Shown here: in pieces, positions 28,398-39,907 of the stretch
Layout: the number at the start of each line of letters is the position of its first letter
How positions within the stretch are numbered: position 1 is the first letter of the stretch
Assembly (NCBI GenBank): GCA_951406725.2
Contig: OX597821.1
Span: forward strand, 80,910,001-80,974,000
Origin: Octopus vulgaris
Taxonomy: Eukaryota
Direction: 5' to 3'
Length of the DNA: 64,000 nt
Translations under genes and position numbers: made by a program
The notes under the pieces: model-generated
The model's input: only the letters and a program-made list of their open reading frames with translations
Told to the model about the DNA's origin: nothing
The model's database searches: none

Positions 28398-29330
28398 GAA
28401 AGGAGAATTGGTTTACCTTCTTTAGAACTTGCTATGTACAGAATAGCTATTGTTACCTTGTCGAAGACCCATTTCACTGGTAAGGGTCAATATGCTAAAA
28501 TAAGGGATGGCTACGCTATTTTCTGGTATGAAAGAGTTGATAATCAGAGGAGGGAATCTGACATTGATTTTGCGATTGGGTGAAGTTTAGTCTCACTTCT
28601 CACTAAGCTACCATCTGGTTTAAATGCTAGACTTATGTCTCTGCCAGTGTCAGTATCTTGTGATGATTTGACAGTGTTTATGAGTTTCTATGCACCAACA
28701 ATGCATTGTTCTGATGAAGACAAAAATTTGATTTATGAGAATCTAAAAGATATTATTTGACACATTACTGTTGGAGTAATAATTCTTAAACTTCAACGCA
28801 CAAGTTCGTGAAAATGTTTAAATACTGAAGTGTGTAGGGCAGTGATTCCCAACCAGGGTCCATAAAGGATTTTGTTAAAATTTATGCGCAATGAAGTGGT
28901 TATACTTCGACAATGCACAAAATATGTTAACAAATTTCATATACAATTCCTAATAATATTTTATTACAAAAAATATAATAGGATTTTTCTGACATCAAAT
29001 GGCTATGAGGGTCCAGCAGAGTAAAATATGAATCAAAGGGATCCACAGGTAGAAAAACGGTCGAGAGACACTAGTTCAGACCATCATGAGATGAAACGAT
29101 TAAAGTCAACCCCGAACAGTATTTTACTACAAATGTGAACAGAATTGAATCTCATTAATTGTAATAGGTTCTATAAAAATATAGAATATATAGAGATGTA
29201 CGAAGGAAACTGGTTGCATCCAAGCTCCAAGAAACGGGAGAAAAAATTTGAATGATGTGAGAAATGTCTTACCAAAACAATATTGTCAAAATAAAAATTT
29301 ATTGGCCCAAAATAAACTGTTAAATCAATG
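28398..29330 (+). mobile_element. RTE-clade LINE endonuclease fragment, interrupted by a MITE
   Basis: Reads ERRIGLPSLELAMYRIAIVTLSKTHF...GYAIFW...RRESDIDFAI...LPSGLNARLMSL...SFYAPTM...DEDKNLIYENL with stop codons. Confidence 0.85.
28840..29073. mobile_element. hAT-type MITE of about 240 bp
   Basis: cagtgattcccaacc...ggtcgagagacacta termini; homologous (inverted) to 59013-59262 and to a SINE-interrupted copy near 26461-26920. Confidence 0.7.
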
Positions 29331-29858
29331 ATTCAAAAGGAATTCAGTCAAAAAAATTAAGCAGTGAACTGAACGTGACTGTGATCTTCAGAAAGCATAA
29401 GTAAAAAGGGACTCTGCCTTTCATTCTTTCGGGGTCGATAAAATAAGTACCAGTTAATCACTGGGGGAGGGGGTCGAGATAATCGACTTACTCCTTCACC
29501 TGAAATTGCTGGCCATGTACCAAAATTTGAAACCATTATTTCCGATAAGGTGAAGAACAAGACTGTCCCCGTGTTGGTTTTGAAATTTGAACATTAAAGG
29601 ACATAACTGAATTTTACAAGATAATTTGTTCGTTCTCTGCTGTTTCGTCTGCCCCTTTAATAATTTCCTGTAATCATTATAATATCGGTTTCAAATGTTG
29701 ACGGTATTTGAACTCAGAACGTAAAGGCGGACCAAATGCCACCAGGCATTTTGCCTCGGCGTCACAACAATTCTGTCTGCTCACCGCCTTTGTAATCATT
29801 ATAAAACTGAAAAACTAAAACTAACTTCTGAAACTCATTATTTTTTGTTCTATTTCAG

Positions 29859-29906
29859 AACATTCTTGTTGCATGTATTTACTGAACAGACAAGTCTGCG
29901 TTCCAA
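29859..29906 (+). CDS. Coding exon 3 of the WAP-like/VWC-like protein
   Basis: ctaac branch-like motif at 29821 and ttttttgttctatttcag| acceptor; donor CAA|gtaagt; 48 nt, phase 1-1; (E)HSCCMYLLNRQVCVP completes C-x5-CC-x8-C. Confidence 0.9.
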
Positions 29907-30360
29907 GTAAGTAACTCCTTCTGTTATCACAATGTAGAGACTGAACTAAGGAGAGCATAATCCATAAGAAAGCCTATTAGAAATATCAGTTGATTCACCC
30001 TTAAATTATATCCTACCATCTTAAATAAGTCTACACTAACCGATATAGATCTTGGTACAATAGGAAATAGTCTTGATTTGAACACCATTTGATCAAAGGC
30101 CTGCTCAATGAAGGCTTAGCTTGGCCTAAACAAAACAATGAATGGGAGGAAACGCTGGGTAATGTAGTTTAGGTAAACTGTTGCTGTAAAAAGATGAGAC
30201 AGTCACGGCTGAGGTACCTTATACAAAGATTTCGTCAATCAGACTAACTTGGGACCAAGCAACAACGACAAGGTAGAAATTGAGATGAGATTACGGTATT
30301 GAAAGTAATATCATTGTAATGTAATGTGGGGTTTGTTTTATGTGATGTAATATGAAGATA

Positions 30361-30790
30361 CTTACTTCAGCCCTTTATCCCTTGTGAAGCGTAGACCATC
30401 GACGGCTTTTCTGCAGTTTTCTGCACTTGGCTGTTTTTTTCTGCTTCCCTTCAGGTAGATCCCTACTTGTTCAGCTCTTCTTCAGTAGCCCGAGGGCGTC
30501 CTCTCTTTCGCCTCCCTCGTGGGACCCATTCTTGTGTTTCCCACTGGGAAGGCCTTCCTCTCCCAAGTCTTGTTTGTTTTGAATGTCATCAATGCATCTG
30601 TAACTTTTCTTTTTTAATAGTTAGGAGGGCTGGCCTTTTGCTAGCCCATCTTTACCTCTGGGAAGAGATGATCTATATTAGTCTAGCCTCTCGCCTTTGA
30701 CTTCTCAACCAAGAGCTTAGCATTTTGACTTGTCTACAGGCTTAGCTCTCTGGGTCATTGAGGCGCACAAGCTGCCACACCGCAACAGGG
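30361..30790 (-). mobile_element. RTE-derived bipartite non-autonomous element (5'UTR-like part + 3' tail); related copy on + at about 37310-37605
   Basis: 5' motif CCCTGTTGCGGTGTGGCAGCTTGTGCGCCTCAATGACCCAGAGA resembles 37313ff ccttgttggggtgtgggagcttttgtgcttcaatgaccctaagag; both end in (TAAG)-type tails. Confidence 0.55.
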
Positions 30791-31355
30791 TGCAGGACAA
30801 CTCACCACCGCCGACTCAACATAGCTGGCTCAACATAGCTGACTCAAAGCCAGGAAAACTCAAAACCATGACATCTGAACAACATTATTATCATGCAGGG
30901 CTTATATTCAATATCATCGTGCACTTCACGTCTAATATGGGTCTCCGCTGTATTGGGCTGCTTGAAGATGGTCCTCGTCAACCTACCACCGTTGTCATTG
31001 ATGATGTTCTGAACCTGCAGGACTAACTGAGCTGTTATTGCCCGACTGCTGAGAAAATTTTCTTTTGGTCTTGGATTATACTTCCATATCAATAGCATTC
31101 AATTCTTTCCAGACCATTTTTTTTTCGGCAGTAGGAACTCCGAGTACGGTGTGTCTTTTACTTTCCCTGCGGGACTGAAACCTATGCAATTGATACGTCA
31201 GAAAGAGAAATGAAAAAGTTACAATTTAGTGTATACTGTGTGACATTACTTTAGATCGTCTTCCATTTAAGACCCACAAAAATGTGTTCACAAACACTCG
31301 GCACAACCTGTATGTGGTGTAGCGATAATATCGCTGTAATTTTATATCAGAGCAG

Positions 31356-31869
31356 TGTTGTAATGGAGAATGGGGGTCAATTAATAAGTCATTTTATTCT
31401 AATGACTTCGTTCTTCGAATTGCTGCTCACTGGAACTCATTACTATCGTCTTGTTTTCATTTGGTCTCTGATATTCAGTCCTTTAACCTATCTGTCAACC
31501 GAGGAAGAATTTCAACCATGTTTCGTTGTCTGCTACCACAACAGCTCCTTTATAGGATCCAGTTAGCTCGAGACATCATCAGAAGGAACCACGTCCGGTT
31601 TCGGCCCCTATTCCTCTACCTTTTTGACGTGGCGCGCGCCCCACCCCACCCTTTCGGAGGTGTCTTCAGCTCTGGTGTTGGGTGCATTTCTTCTTTCTCC
31701 TTCTTTCTTCTGTTCCCTGGCCTCTTCGATGTAGCGTCAACGAGTGTCGGCGGGCGACTGACTGCCTTGTCAAATTTCCCTTTAAATACCCGCTGCTAGG
31801 CGCCAGCTCTTTTTGCTGCTTTGTAGTCTCTTACGCTACCGTAGACTAAAACCCTTGTTTGGGGCAACA
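31356..31869 (-). mobile_element. Putative solo LTR
   Basis: TGTTG...CAACA termini; GC-richer than the flanks; TATTTAAA then AATAAA on the - strand; no clear TSD. Confidence 0.45.
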
Positions 31870-34444
31870 CCATTGTAGAAATATACTGTGCAGGCAGTTT
31901 CAAAATAATATAATGCGAGGAGAGAGATGTGGCATTGTAGCATTGCCAGAATATAGTGTTGTGAAGGTTGTGGATGCAATGGTTCGGTAATATAGAATGG
32001 AAGTAACGTTCTCGAAAAGTTTTAGAAATTTAGGAGCACAAAAATCTTGTCATGCATATTTTTTTCTCATGACAAAAGTATTTTTTCTCATTTTATACTT
32101 ACAGAAGGTGAGTAACCTTTTGTGCACTGTTTGCAAAATGTTATTGTGTGCGCACACACCAACAATTTGAACAGAACACTTCATGAAAAAAATAGTGTAT
32201 TGTGATGGCAGTGTTGTAATTTTGTGAAGAAGATGCATTGTAAAAATGTAGGATAAAGTCAATGTAATAGTAATGTAGTAATATTGAAAATTGTGGTCTG
32301 CAGTTTCATAGTACAGAATGAGACCTCACACAGGCAACGTTTGTTTGCGAAAGCAACACTGTTTATCATATTGTTCTAGTTGCCTAATATCCGTAATATG
32401 TAATAATGTCAGAGCTGAGAATGTATTCACTGTATTTTTCTCAGATGCTGAAACCTACGTTATTTATGCCAACGTGAGGTCTTCTACCCTCAAATTATAC
32501 ACTACCATCTTAAAAAGATGAGAACACTTTCGATAATGTTGTCGCATATAAATATGAAAAGGTTATTGGTGGAATGCTTTACATCGTGTGTCTGTTTCAT
32601 CAGCGCTAAACATCAATGGCAGTAAGCGAAAGTCTATGGAGTCGCTCAACCAGCTTGATATAACAGACAACTCGCCTTAAAATCATACCATCGATGGGAA
32701 AAAGATTGAGTGGTTATGCATGAGAGCGTATTTGATCACATGTTTACTCGAGCAAGGCTACTTCTGATTAAACAAGTACAACAACGACAACTTTTCACTG
32801 TGGCCTGTGTTAATTAAACAGTATCAGCTTCTCTCCGGCGGTGTCTGGCCACAAAATGAAATAGATCCAATGATCGACAGAACTACCTATCCATGGTATG
32901 ATAATGTAAAACAACTGACTAGACTACGGACACACATCCTTCACGCAGAATCCAACGCAACACAGCGTTTCACAAGGTTGGGTTCTCTGAGTTACATGTA
33001 CAGTGTTTCAGACAGGCTTTCGAGCGGTTTCAGTCAAGCCAATATTTTATTTACAAAACTTGAGTCATCCTGAGATTTTGGTTCAAGACTCATTCCTCGA
33101 AGTATTGCACAGTAGTATTTTCTAGAAATAGCAACCGAATCTCACCCAACAGGATTGGCCAATACAAGAGTTATTGGATAATGTAGACTTCTTTTTTTTT
33201 TAACACGGCTTAGTCACAAGAAGAGCAGAGCCCCTGAGTCTTTCAGGGTCTCTGATACGGGTAGATGGAAAAGAGAAAGCAATCCTTAGATCGGATATCC
33301 AGCTTGAATCGTCGCACAGAAAGTGGACTTCGCTAAAGGGTCAGGAGGTGGTGTTAAACAGGGCAACAGATTAGAAGCACCAAAAATAAGAATGGTCCCA
33401 CGATGAGCTTCCATACGATTTCTGTCTATCAAACTTCACTCAGAAGGTCTTGATCGACCCTCAACTGTGACAGAAGGCACTATAACAGATCCGAACCCTA
33501 ATCGCTAGATACTCAGTCAGACACCACGAGTGAGCAACCAGTTTCATGCGATCGGTTTATAAATCAACCAATCAACGTGAAACTGTGACGTGATGTAGTT
33601 TCCTCGAATGTTCTAAACTTTAACTGCTTGTCTCTTATAAAAGCCGTTTTTGGCGCTCAATCAATCGTAGAGAGTTGAAGGTGGCTGACTAACTCATGCG
33701 ACTCCACTGTTACCAGACAGACATTAAACGGACCGCTGACGCTACAAATCACCTCGGAGATTCGTACAGATGACTTCGTGTATTTTTTGACTGACCATAT
33801 GATGTCACACATATAGCTTTCTACATTTTCAGATCATTTTATCTCTCCTCCCACTCAGCAGTTATCAATCTTGTTCATTGTAAATCGCCAACACCAAATA
33901 TCATTATGTCAGCAATCATATGTATATAAAGGCAGACTTTATATCCAACTTAACGTGGATGTTTTTGTCGGAACGTTGAGTATTGCGTTATTTACCTTAA
34001 GGGTACCTCTTATATGGACGCATGGTGCATAAAAGTACGCATATTTATATTGCTGACAGACAAGAATCAGCTGCTATGGGAGTCGGAACAGCTAGGTTAC
34101 GTATTTCGACCTACCTGGGCTCCTCAGGAACAGACGTCCGACAACCGCAAACCGGTTGAATCTCACTACCAACGATAAATAGGATTTCTGGCACTGGTGT
34201 CACAAATAGCCTGCGGGCTTATTAACAAACATATTAGGGGCCGAAGGCAATCTTTACCTCCAACTTACCAAAGGGTTCTTTATATCTAACTTAACGTGGT
34301 TATTTTGTCATCGTTAAGTTGGATAAAAATTACCTTTTTGTATTAATACTGCTTCTGTCGCTCATATATATATATATATATATATATGGAGAGAGAGAGA
34401 GAGACAGACAGACAGACACATACATACATACATACATACATAAG

Positions 34445-35192
34445 TCAACGGTGTTGGAGAGCATAAATATTAAAGTTGAGAAAAAGTTAGCTGAACATTG
34501 GAAAAGGGTTACATGTATCGTAATGATTCATGTCAATATCATGATTGTTGTTCAATGCTCTGTGAACGGTGTAAAAGCTGTAAGACGTGACATGGGCAGC
34601 AGCAACTGAGACTCGAAATTGTGACCAGAAGAAAGGGAAACATCTACTGTTTTTACTGCGTCCGCACGCCGGAATTCATCCCCATATATTTGAACAGGGC
34701 CTTAAGCTCAATTCAGACAGCTAAGTGAAGTTACTGGAGACCGTGGTCAATCCTTGGCTAGAGAGGGTTGGTGCTGGGGGGAGGAGCCATATGTATGGCA
34801 GCAGGATTGCTTCCGGAAAAAGTCAGAAGAGGTTGTCAGAGAATTTCTACAACTTCACCGGCCCCAATTTCTGGCCTCATAATCACCGTAATTGTTATCC
34901 TATGGTTTACTATGTGTGGGTTGAGAAAGATCTCAGTCGCTCTACCTGCAGCGCCGAGGCCGAGTCGGTGGCCAAGATCAGGGTGTTCGAAGATCATCCC
35001 AGTAACACAATGAGGAAAGCATGCGCCAATTCCGGAACCGTCTTGAGGCTGTAGCAGAAACTGAGTGCGACTACTCTCAGTAAATTGTTATTTACCAGTT
35101 GATATTTTTATTTTCATTAAAATACTTTTATTTTTGATGGAATATTGCGTTTTCTTTCCTTTTAAGCCAACGGCCAAATTTAATCCGAACAC

Positions 35193-35196
<4 letters not shown>
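34445..35196 (+). mobile_element. maT/DD37D-like Tc1-mariner transposon remnant
   Basis: ORF 34725-35054: SGKSQKRLSENFYNFTGPNFWPHNHRNCYPMVYYVW..., a degenerate WPPNSPDLNPMDYYVW motif. Confidence 0.75.
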
Positions 35197-35232
<36 letters not shown>

Positions 35233-35269
35233 CGTGTGTGTGTGTGTGCGAGTGTGTGTATGTGTGTGC

Positions 35270-35312
<43 letters not shown>

Positions 35313-35359
35313 CCAATTATAAAGAGTAATTTTTTTTTATCTTTCTTAATAAACTGCAG

Positions 35360-35484
35360 CGGACCCAAACGCTTGCTTCCTGAATGGTAAAAAAATACCT
35401 TATCAAGGTACTTTCAATCGTGATTGCGCGGAATGTACTTGCCTGGGAAATAACAACTTACTTTGCAACCCAACGCCCTGTTAA
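35360..35484 (+). CDS. Last coding exon of the WAP-like/VWC-like protein (VWC N-subdomain/pacifastin-like module)
   Basis: Polypyrimidine tract + ctgcag| acceptor; phase 1; (T)DPNACFLNGKKIPYQGTFNRDCAECTCLGNNNLLCNPTPC-TAA followed by G|gtaagt donor; total CDS 312 nt = 103 aa + stop. Confidence 0.9.
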
Positions 35485-35739
35485 GGTAAGTAATTGCAGT
35501 ATTTATTATGAAGCCAACAATGTGACGAATACTCACAAAACAAACCCTGCACACGCAAACCCTGCACGCACACACATAATTATATAATTTATAATTCACG
35601 AAAACATTCAAGAAAACAACCAGTTAATAAACACTTTATAGTTGTAGAAGTGTCAGTATTTTTCTCAAACGCTGGATAATGCTAACAATATAGCATGAAC
35701 AGAATAAACTATCCATATTTTGCAGAAAATTCTGTCCGC

Positions 35740-35812
35740 GGCCAGGCATGAGACTCGAACTCACATGCATGTGATTACGCGTCATATGCTTTACCATTAA
35801 GCTAAACTGCCC
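35740..35812 (-). pseudogene. tRNA-like sequence (Thr CGT-like); pseudogene or SINE head
   Basis: GGGCAGTTTAGCTTAATGGTAAAGCATATGACGCGTAATCACATGCATGTGAGTTCGAGTCTCATGCCTGGCC; A/B boxes and D and T arms present, acceptor and anticodon stems mismatched. Confidence 0.65.
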
Positions 35813-36283
35813 GAACAGCAAATGCTTCTGCAAATTTAGGATATGCATTTTTTTATAAACTAGGAGATGGCTACTGACATCAAGTTTAAGGATTATATAA
35901 TGTACAAGTATAAAGAAAGAATTAAAGAAAAGAAGGACTCATTATATTGAATGTTATCGATAATATCGAGTGGAAACAGGAGGTGCCGCAGCTCCGCAGG
36001 GCCTATACATGAGCCACCACTGCAATGTAATAAGGTTTCATTCATCGTTTTACCAAAGAAGCCCATCGTGTGTGTGTGTGTCCACCACCGCTTGACAATC
36101 TGTGTTGGTGTAGTTATGTTCCCCTAACTTAGCGGTTCAACAAAAGACACCGATATAAGTAGGAGGCATTAAAATAAATAAGTACTCGGCTCGATTCATT
36201 CGACTAAAAATTCTTTAAGGCAGTGCCCCAGTGTGGCCGCAGATATAATCCACAAAAATGATATTTTATTTCTTTATTTACAG

Positions 36284-36430
36284 ACGAACTAAACCCAATG
36301 ACCGGTGGCTGCAGAAATTGTTTGGCCGACCACTGGACGAGAATAAGAACTCAATACTTTCGTCAAGTTACTAATGATTATAACAAGATGTCGTTGTTGG
36401 TATTGAAAATAAAAACATGAACCCTATCCC
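36284..36430 (+). other. Probable non-coding terminal (3'UTR) exon of the WAP-like/VWC-like gene
   Basis: Strong acceptor ttttatttctttatttacag|; unique sequence; AATAAA at 36408-36413; 3' end approximate. Confidence 0.65.
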
Positions 36431-38767
36431 TTCCCCACTCTGTTATAAATTTGTGACCCAACAGATGAGTCAGAAATGGTTATTAAAACACTGGAACACT
36501 TCTTTCTGACAATCTCATTTCTTTCCTTTCTTTTTTTCTTCCTCTTTTTGCTGCGTTAATAGTGTAATTAATCTTTGACGTTGGTCGATTGCCTAAAATC
36601 CAAACTTCCTCAGATGCCTCAGATTGAGACTTTATTATTATTGCTGATATTAAGGCAGTGAGTTGATAAGGCGGCGATCTGGTAAGGTGGCGAACTGACA
36701 GAATCTTTAGCACGCCGGACAAAATGCTTAGCAGCATTTCGTCCGTTTTTACGGTCTGCGTTCAAATTCCACCAAGGTCGACTTTGTCTTTCATCTCTTT
36801 CGAGGTCAATAAAATAAGTACCATTTGAGCCCTAGGATCGATGTAATCGTCTTACCCCTTCCGCCGAAATTGCTGACCCTTTGCTAAAATGTCAAACCAT
36901 TATTACTGCTTAGCAGTATTTCTTCTTTAAGTTCTGGATTCAAATTCTACCGAGGTCGACTTTGCCTTTCATTGAGCATCGAGATCTTTGCAATCGACTC
37001 CCTCCACTCCTATTAAAATGCTGGCCCTAAAATTGCAAAAAATTTGAAACCATTATTGTTATTGATACTTGTTTTCAAAAGTTTGCCTGTGTGGTTATCA
37101 AAGTCTGAGGTACTGTTTTAAAGACTGGTTTTCATGTCTTTTCAACTGCTTTCATATTGAGAGAGATAGAAACTGGATCGCCGTAAAACAAAGCTCTAAT
37201 GCTGCCATGCGAAATACATTATTTCAGCTTTATAGCTGTCATGAAAAATACAGAGATATCTTCAGCTAAAAACGGATATTGTTCGTTTACAATCTAACAA
37301 CTCAAGGTCCAGTCCTTGTTGGGGTGTGGGAGCTTTTGTGCTTCAATGACCCTAAGAGTCATGCTAGAGGAACTCCAGGTGCTGAACAGGTCAAAGGATA
37401 GAGGTTACCCTAATATGAGCCATCTCTTCCCTAGGGTATGCTAAGGGCCAACATCCCTACCTAGAAAAAAATAGCAAGGTTAAAGAACCATCGATGACAA
37501 TTCAAAACCAACAAGACTTAGGAGATGAAAGACAGCCCGGAATCGAAACCAGTGGAGGTAAGTCGCCGATAGCTTATATTCCTTAGGGCGCGAATTAAGT
37601 AAGTTTGCGAAAATCTAACACAGTCTACTTTACACTATTTTAACTTCGCCAAAAAGTAAAGACTGCACTGGCTACCTTCCAACTCTTTTTCTGTCGTTAT
37701 TTTACTAATCTCCTGAACAAGTGAATTGGTTACCACCTCTGCCTGAACACTCTCGATATATTCTCCAGACTTGTTCTTGCCTTCTCTATCTATCGTAACA
37801 AAAAGCCCAATCCTTATACAAAATATTTCACCCAGACTTTTAGCTCGTAATTTCAATTCAATGCCCCTATTACTTTCTCCCTGCTCACATCTTTCTCAGA
37901 TATCATCTTCCTGAAACTTCAAATTGAACATCAGTTGCGTCATTCTCACAAGTCTGAGGCGACCCAAATACTGTGAGTAGAACTATTCTACTTCCTCTTA
38001 AATAAAATAGAAATATTTCCACCTATATGACCACCAAATACACTAAAACATCTCCGGTTGCAAGATATTAGTATTTAACGACTTGTGAGTCCACAAGATA
38101 CATATGTAACGGGCCTAGATAGTAAAAAATGTCTTCGTTGTTTCTTCTGTCGTTTTATTGTCAAAGCTTTCGTGGAAGCGAATAAATCAATTTGAGTGCT
38201 TTATTGCATGTTCACTTCAGATAAAGATGCAGATGAAAAGAAGATTAGAGTGAAACATTCTCAATTTATAACTTATTCTACAAATCATTTTTATTGGGCT
38301 TAAAGCAAATATTCAGAAAATCCTATTTGTAAAAAGATATCGAATATCAAATAATGGCACAAGCACACGCGCATACTCCGAAGTAAACTAAATTGTAATT
38401 CAAATCACAAAGCATAGGTTTAGAAACACCAGAATGATATTAAATAACAAAGAACGATAAGAAAGAAGTAATTGTATTCGTACCCATGTACAAACACATA
38501 AACACACACATCCACAGAAAAACAATAAAAACCTTGCTGCTTATTGGAGTTTTTAACTGAAAGTATGAATCGAAAGAAATATATTCATATAACCAATCCA
38601 ATCACTATCAGAAAGCCTCATGCCAGAGTCGCAATGTAGTCGACATGACCTTCGATGTGAGGTTGCTTCAGAAGTTCAGGAAGCAAAATCAGGATCTTTT
38701 CTCTCTCTCTCTCTTCTATTTTCAGCTCAGAGCTGCGGCCATGCTGATGCACCGCCGTTAAATTAAG

Positions 38768-38877
38768 AAAATATGGAACGCTTCACGAATTTGCGTGTCA
38801 TCCTTGTGTAGGGGCCATGCTAATCTTCTATCATGCTATCGTTCCAATTTTAGAATATGTACCGCCGTAGCTCGTAC
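38768..38877 (-). pseudogene. U6: U6 snRNA retrocopy/pseudogene
   Basis: Full-length match to U6 (...CTAAAATTGGAACGATA...AGAAGATTAGCATGGCCCCT..CAAGGATGACACGCAAATTCGTGAAGCGTTCCATATTTT), but the essential ACAGAGA box is disrupted (ATAGCATGATAGAAG). Confidence 0.93.
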
Positions 38878-39907
38878 ATCGGTTCATCGCATTTGTGAAT
38901 CTGTTAGAAGTCTTTGACAAATTCTGTCAACGGTTTCTGTTACCATATTCAGGATACTTTTATGGTTTGTTCGCAGAAAGTTTGGCTACTCGCCCAAATT
39001 TGTATATTTCCTCTGCCATTCCCCCACAAGAATGGTAGCAGCTAGATTTGTTGTTAGATGCGAAGATGTAGCTTACACCATACAAGATGGGTTTCTTTTA
39101 GTTTCCGTCTACCAAATCCATTGACAATGCTTTGGTCAGCCCAGGGCTATAGCAGAAGACACTTCCCTAAGGTGCTGCGGATGGGACTGAACCTCAGACC
39201 ACAATGATTGGGGAGCAAACTTCTCTTGCACACACACACACACACACACTCATATTCACGTGGCTTAACAAGTGGTGGCAGTTATTACAAGGGAAATTAT
39301 TTCTGCATAATACCAGGCAGGATAAGGACTATGAATGAGAAAGCAAGAAATTATAAGGGTGAAGATGCCCAAAATTTGCATATTTATTTATTTACATGCT
39401 TATTTACTATGAAGTTCTTAAAATTTCTAGTCGGTGATGATGATGATGATGAGGTATAGACTATTTCAGTCTTTTTTAAAATCATCAGCATGATATAACC
39501 TATGGCTTATTAAATATGCAATATGTTACGAAGCAATACATTTCATGAAAGAATATAATTACAATCTGGAGGTAATCCTTGGAATTTCTTTTATTTGTTT
39601 CAGTCATTTGACTGCGGCCATGCTGGAGCACCGCCTTTAGTCGAGCAAATCGACCCCAGGACTTATTCTTTGTAAGCCTAGTACTTATTCTATCGGCCTC
39701 TCTTGCTGAACCGCTAAGTTACGGAGACGTAAACACACCAGCATCGGTTGTCAAGTGATGTTGGGGAGACAAACATATATATACGACGGGCTTCTTTCAG
39801 TTTCTATCTACCAAATCCACTCACAAGGCTATAATAGAAGTCACTTGCCCAAGGTGCCATGCAGTGAGAGTGAACCCGGAACCATGTGATTGGGAAGCAA
39901 GCTTCTT

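Noticed and set aside
34085-34135. Hammerhead-like CTGAGGA...GAAA on the - strand
   Set aside because: Stem II is imperfect and no convincing stem I or stem III could be formed.
35740-35812. Functional tRNA-Thr
   Set aside because: The acceptor and anticodon stems are mismatched and the anticodon loop is non-canonical.
38768-38877. Functional U6 gene
   Set aside because: The ACAGAGA box is disrupted and a retroposon-type tail follows.
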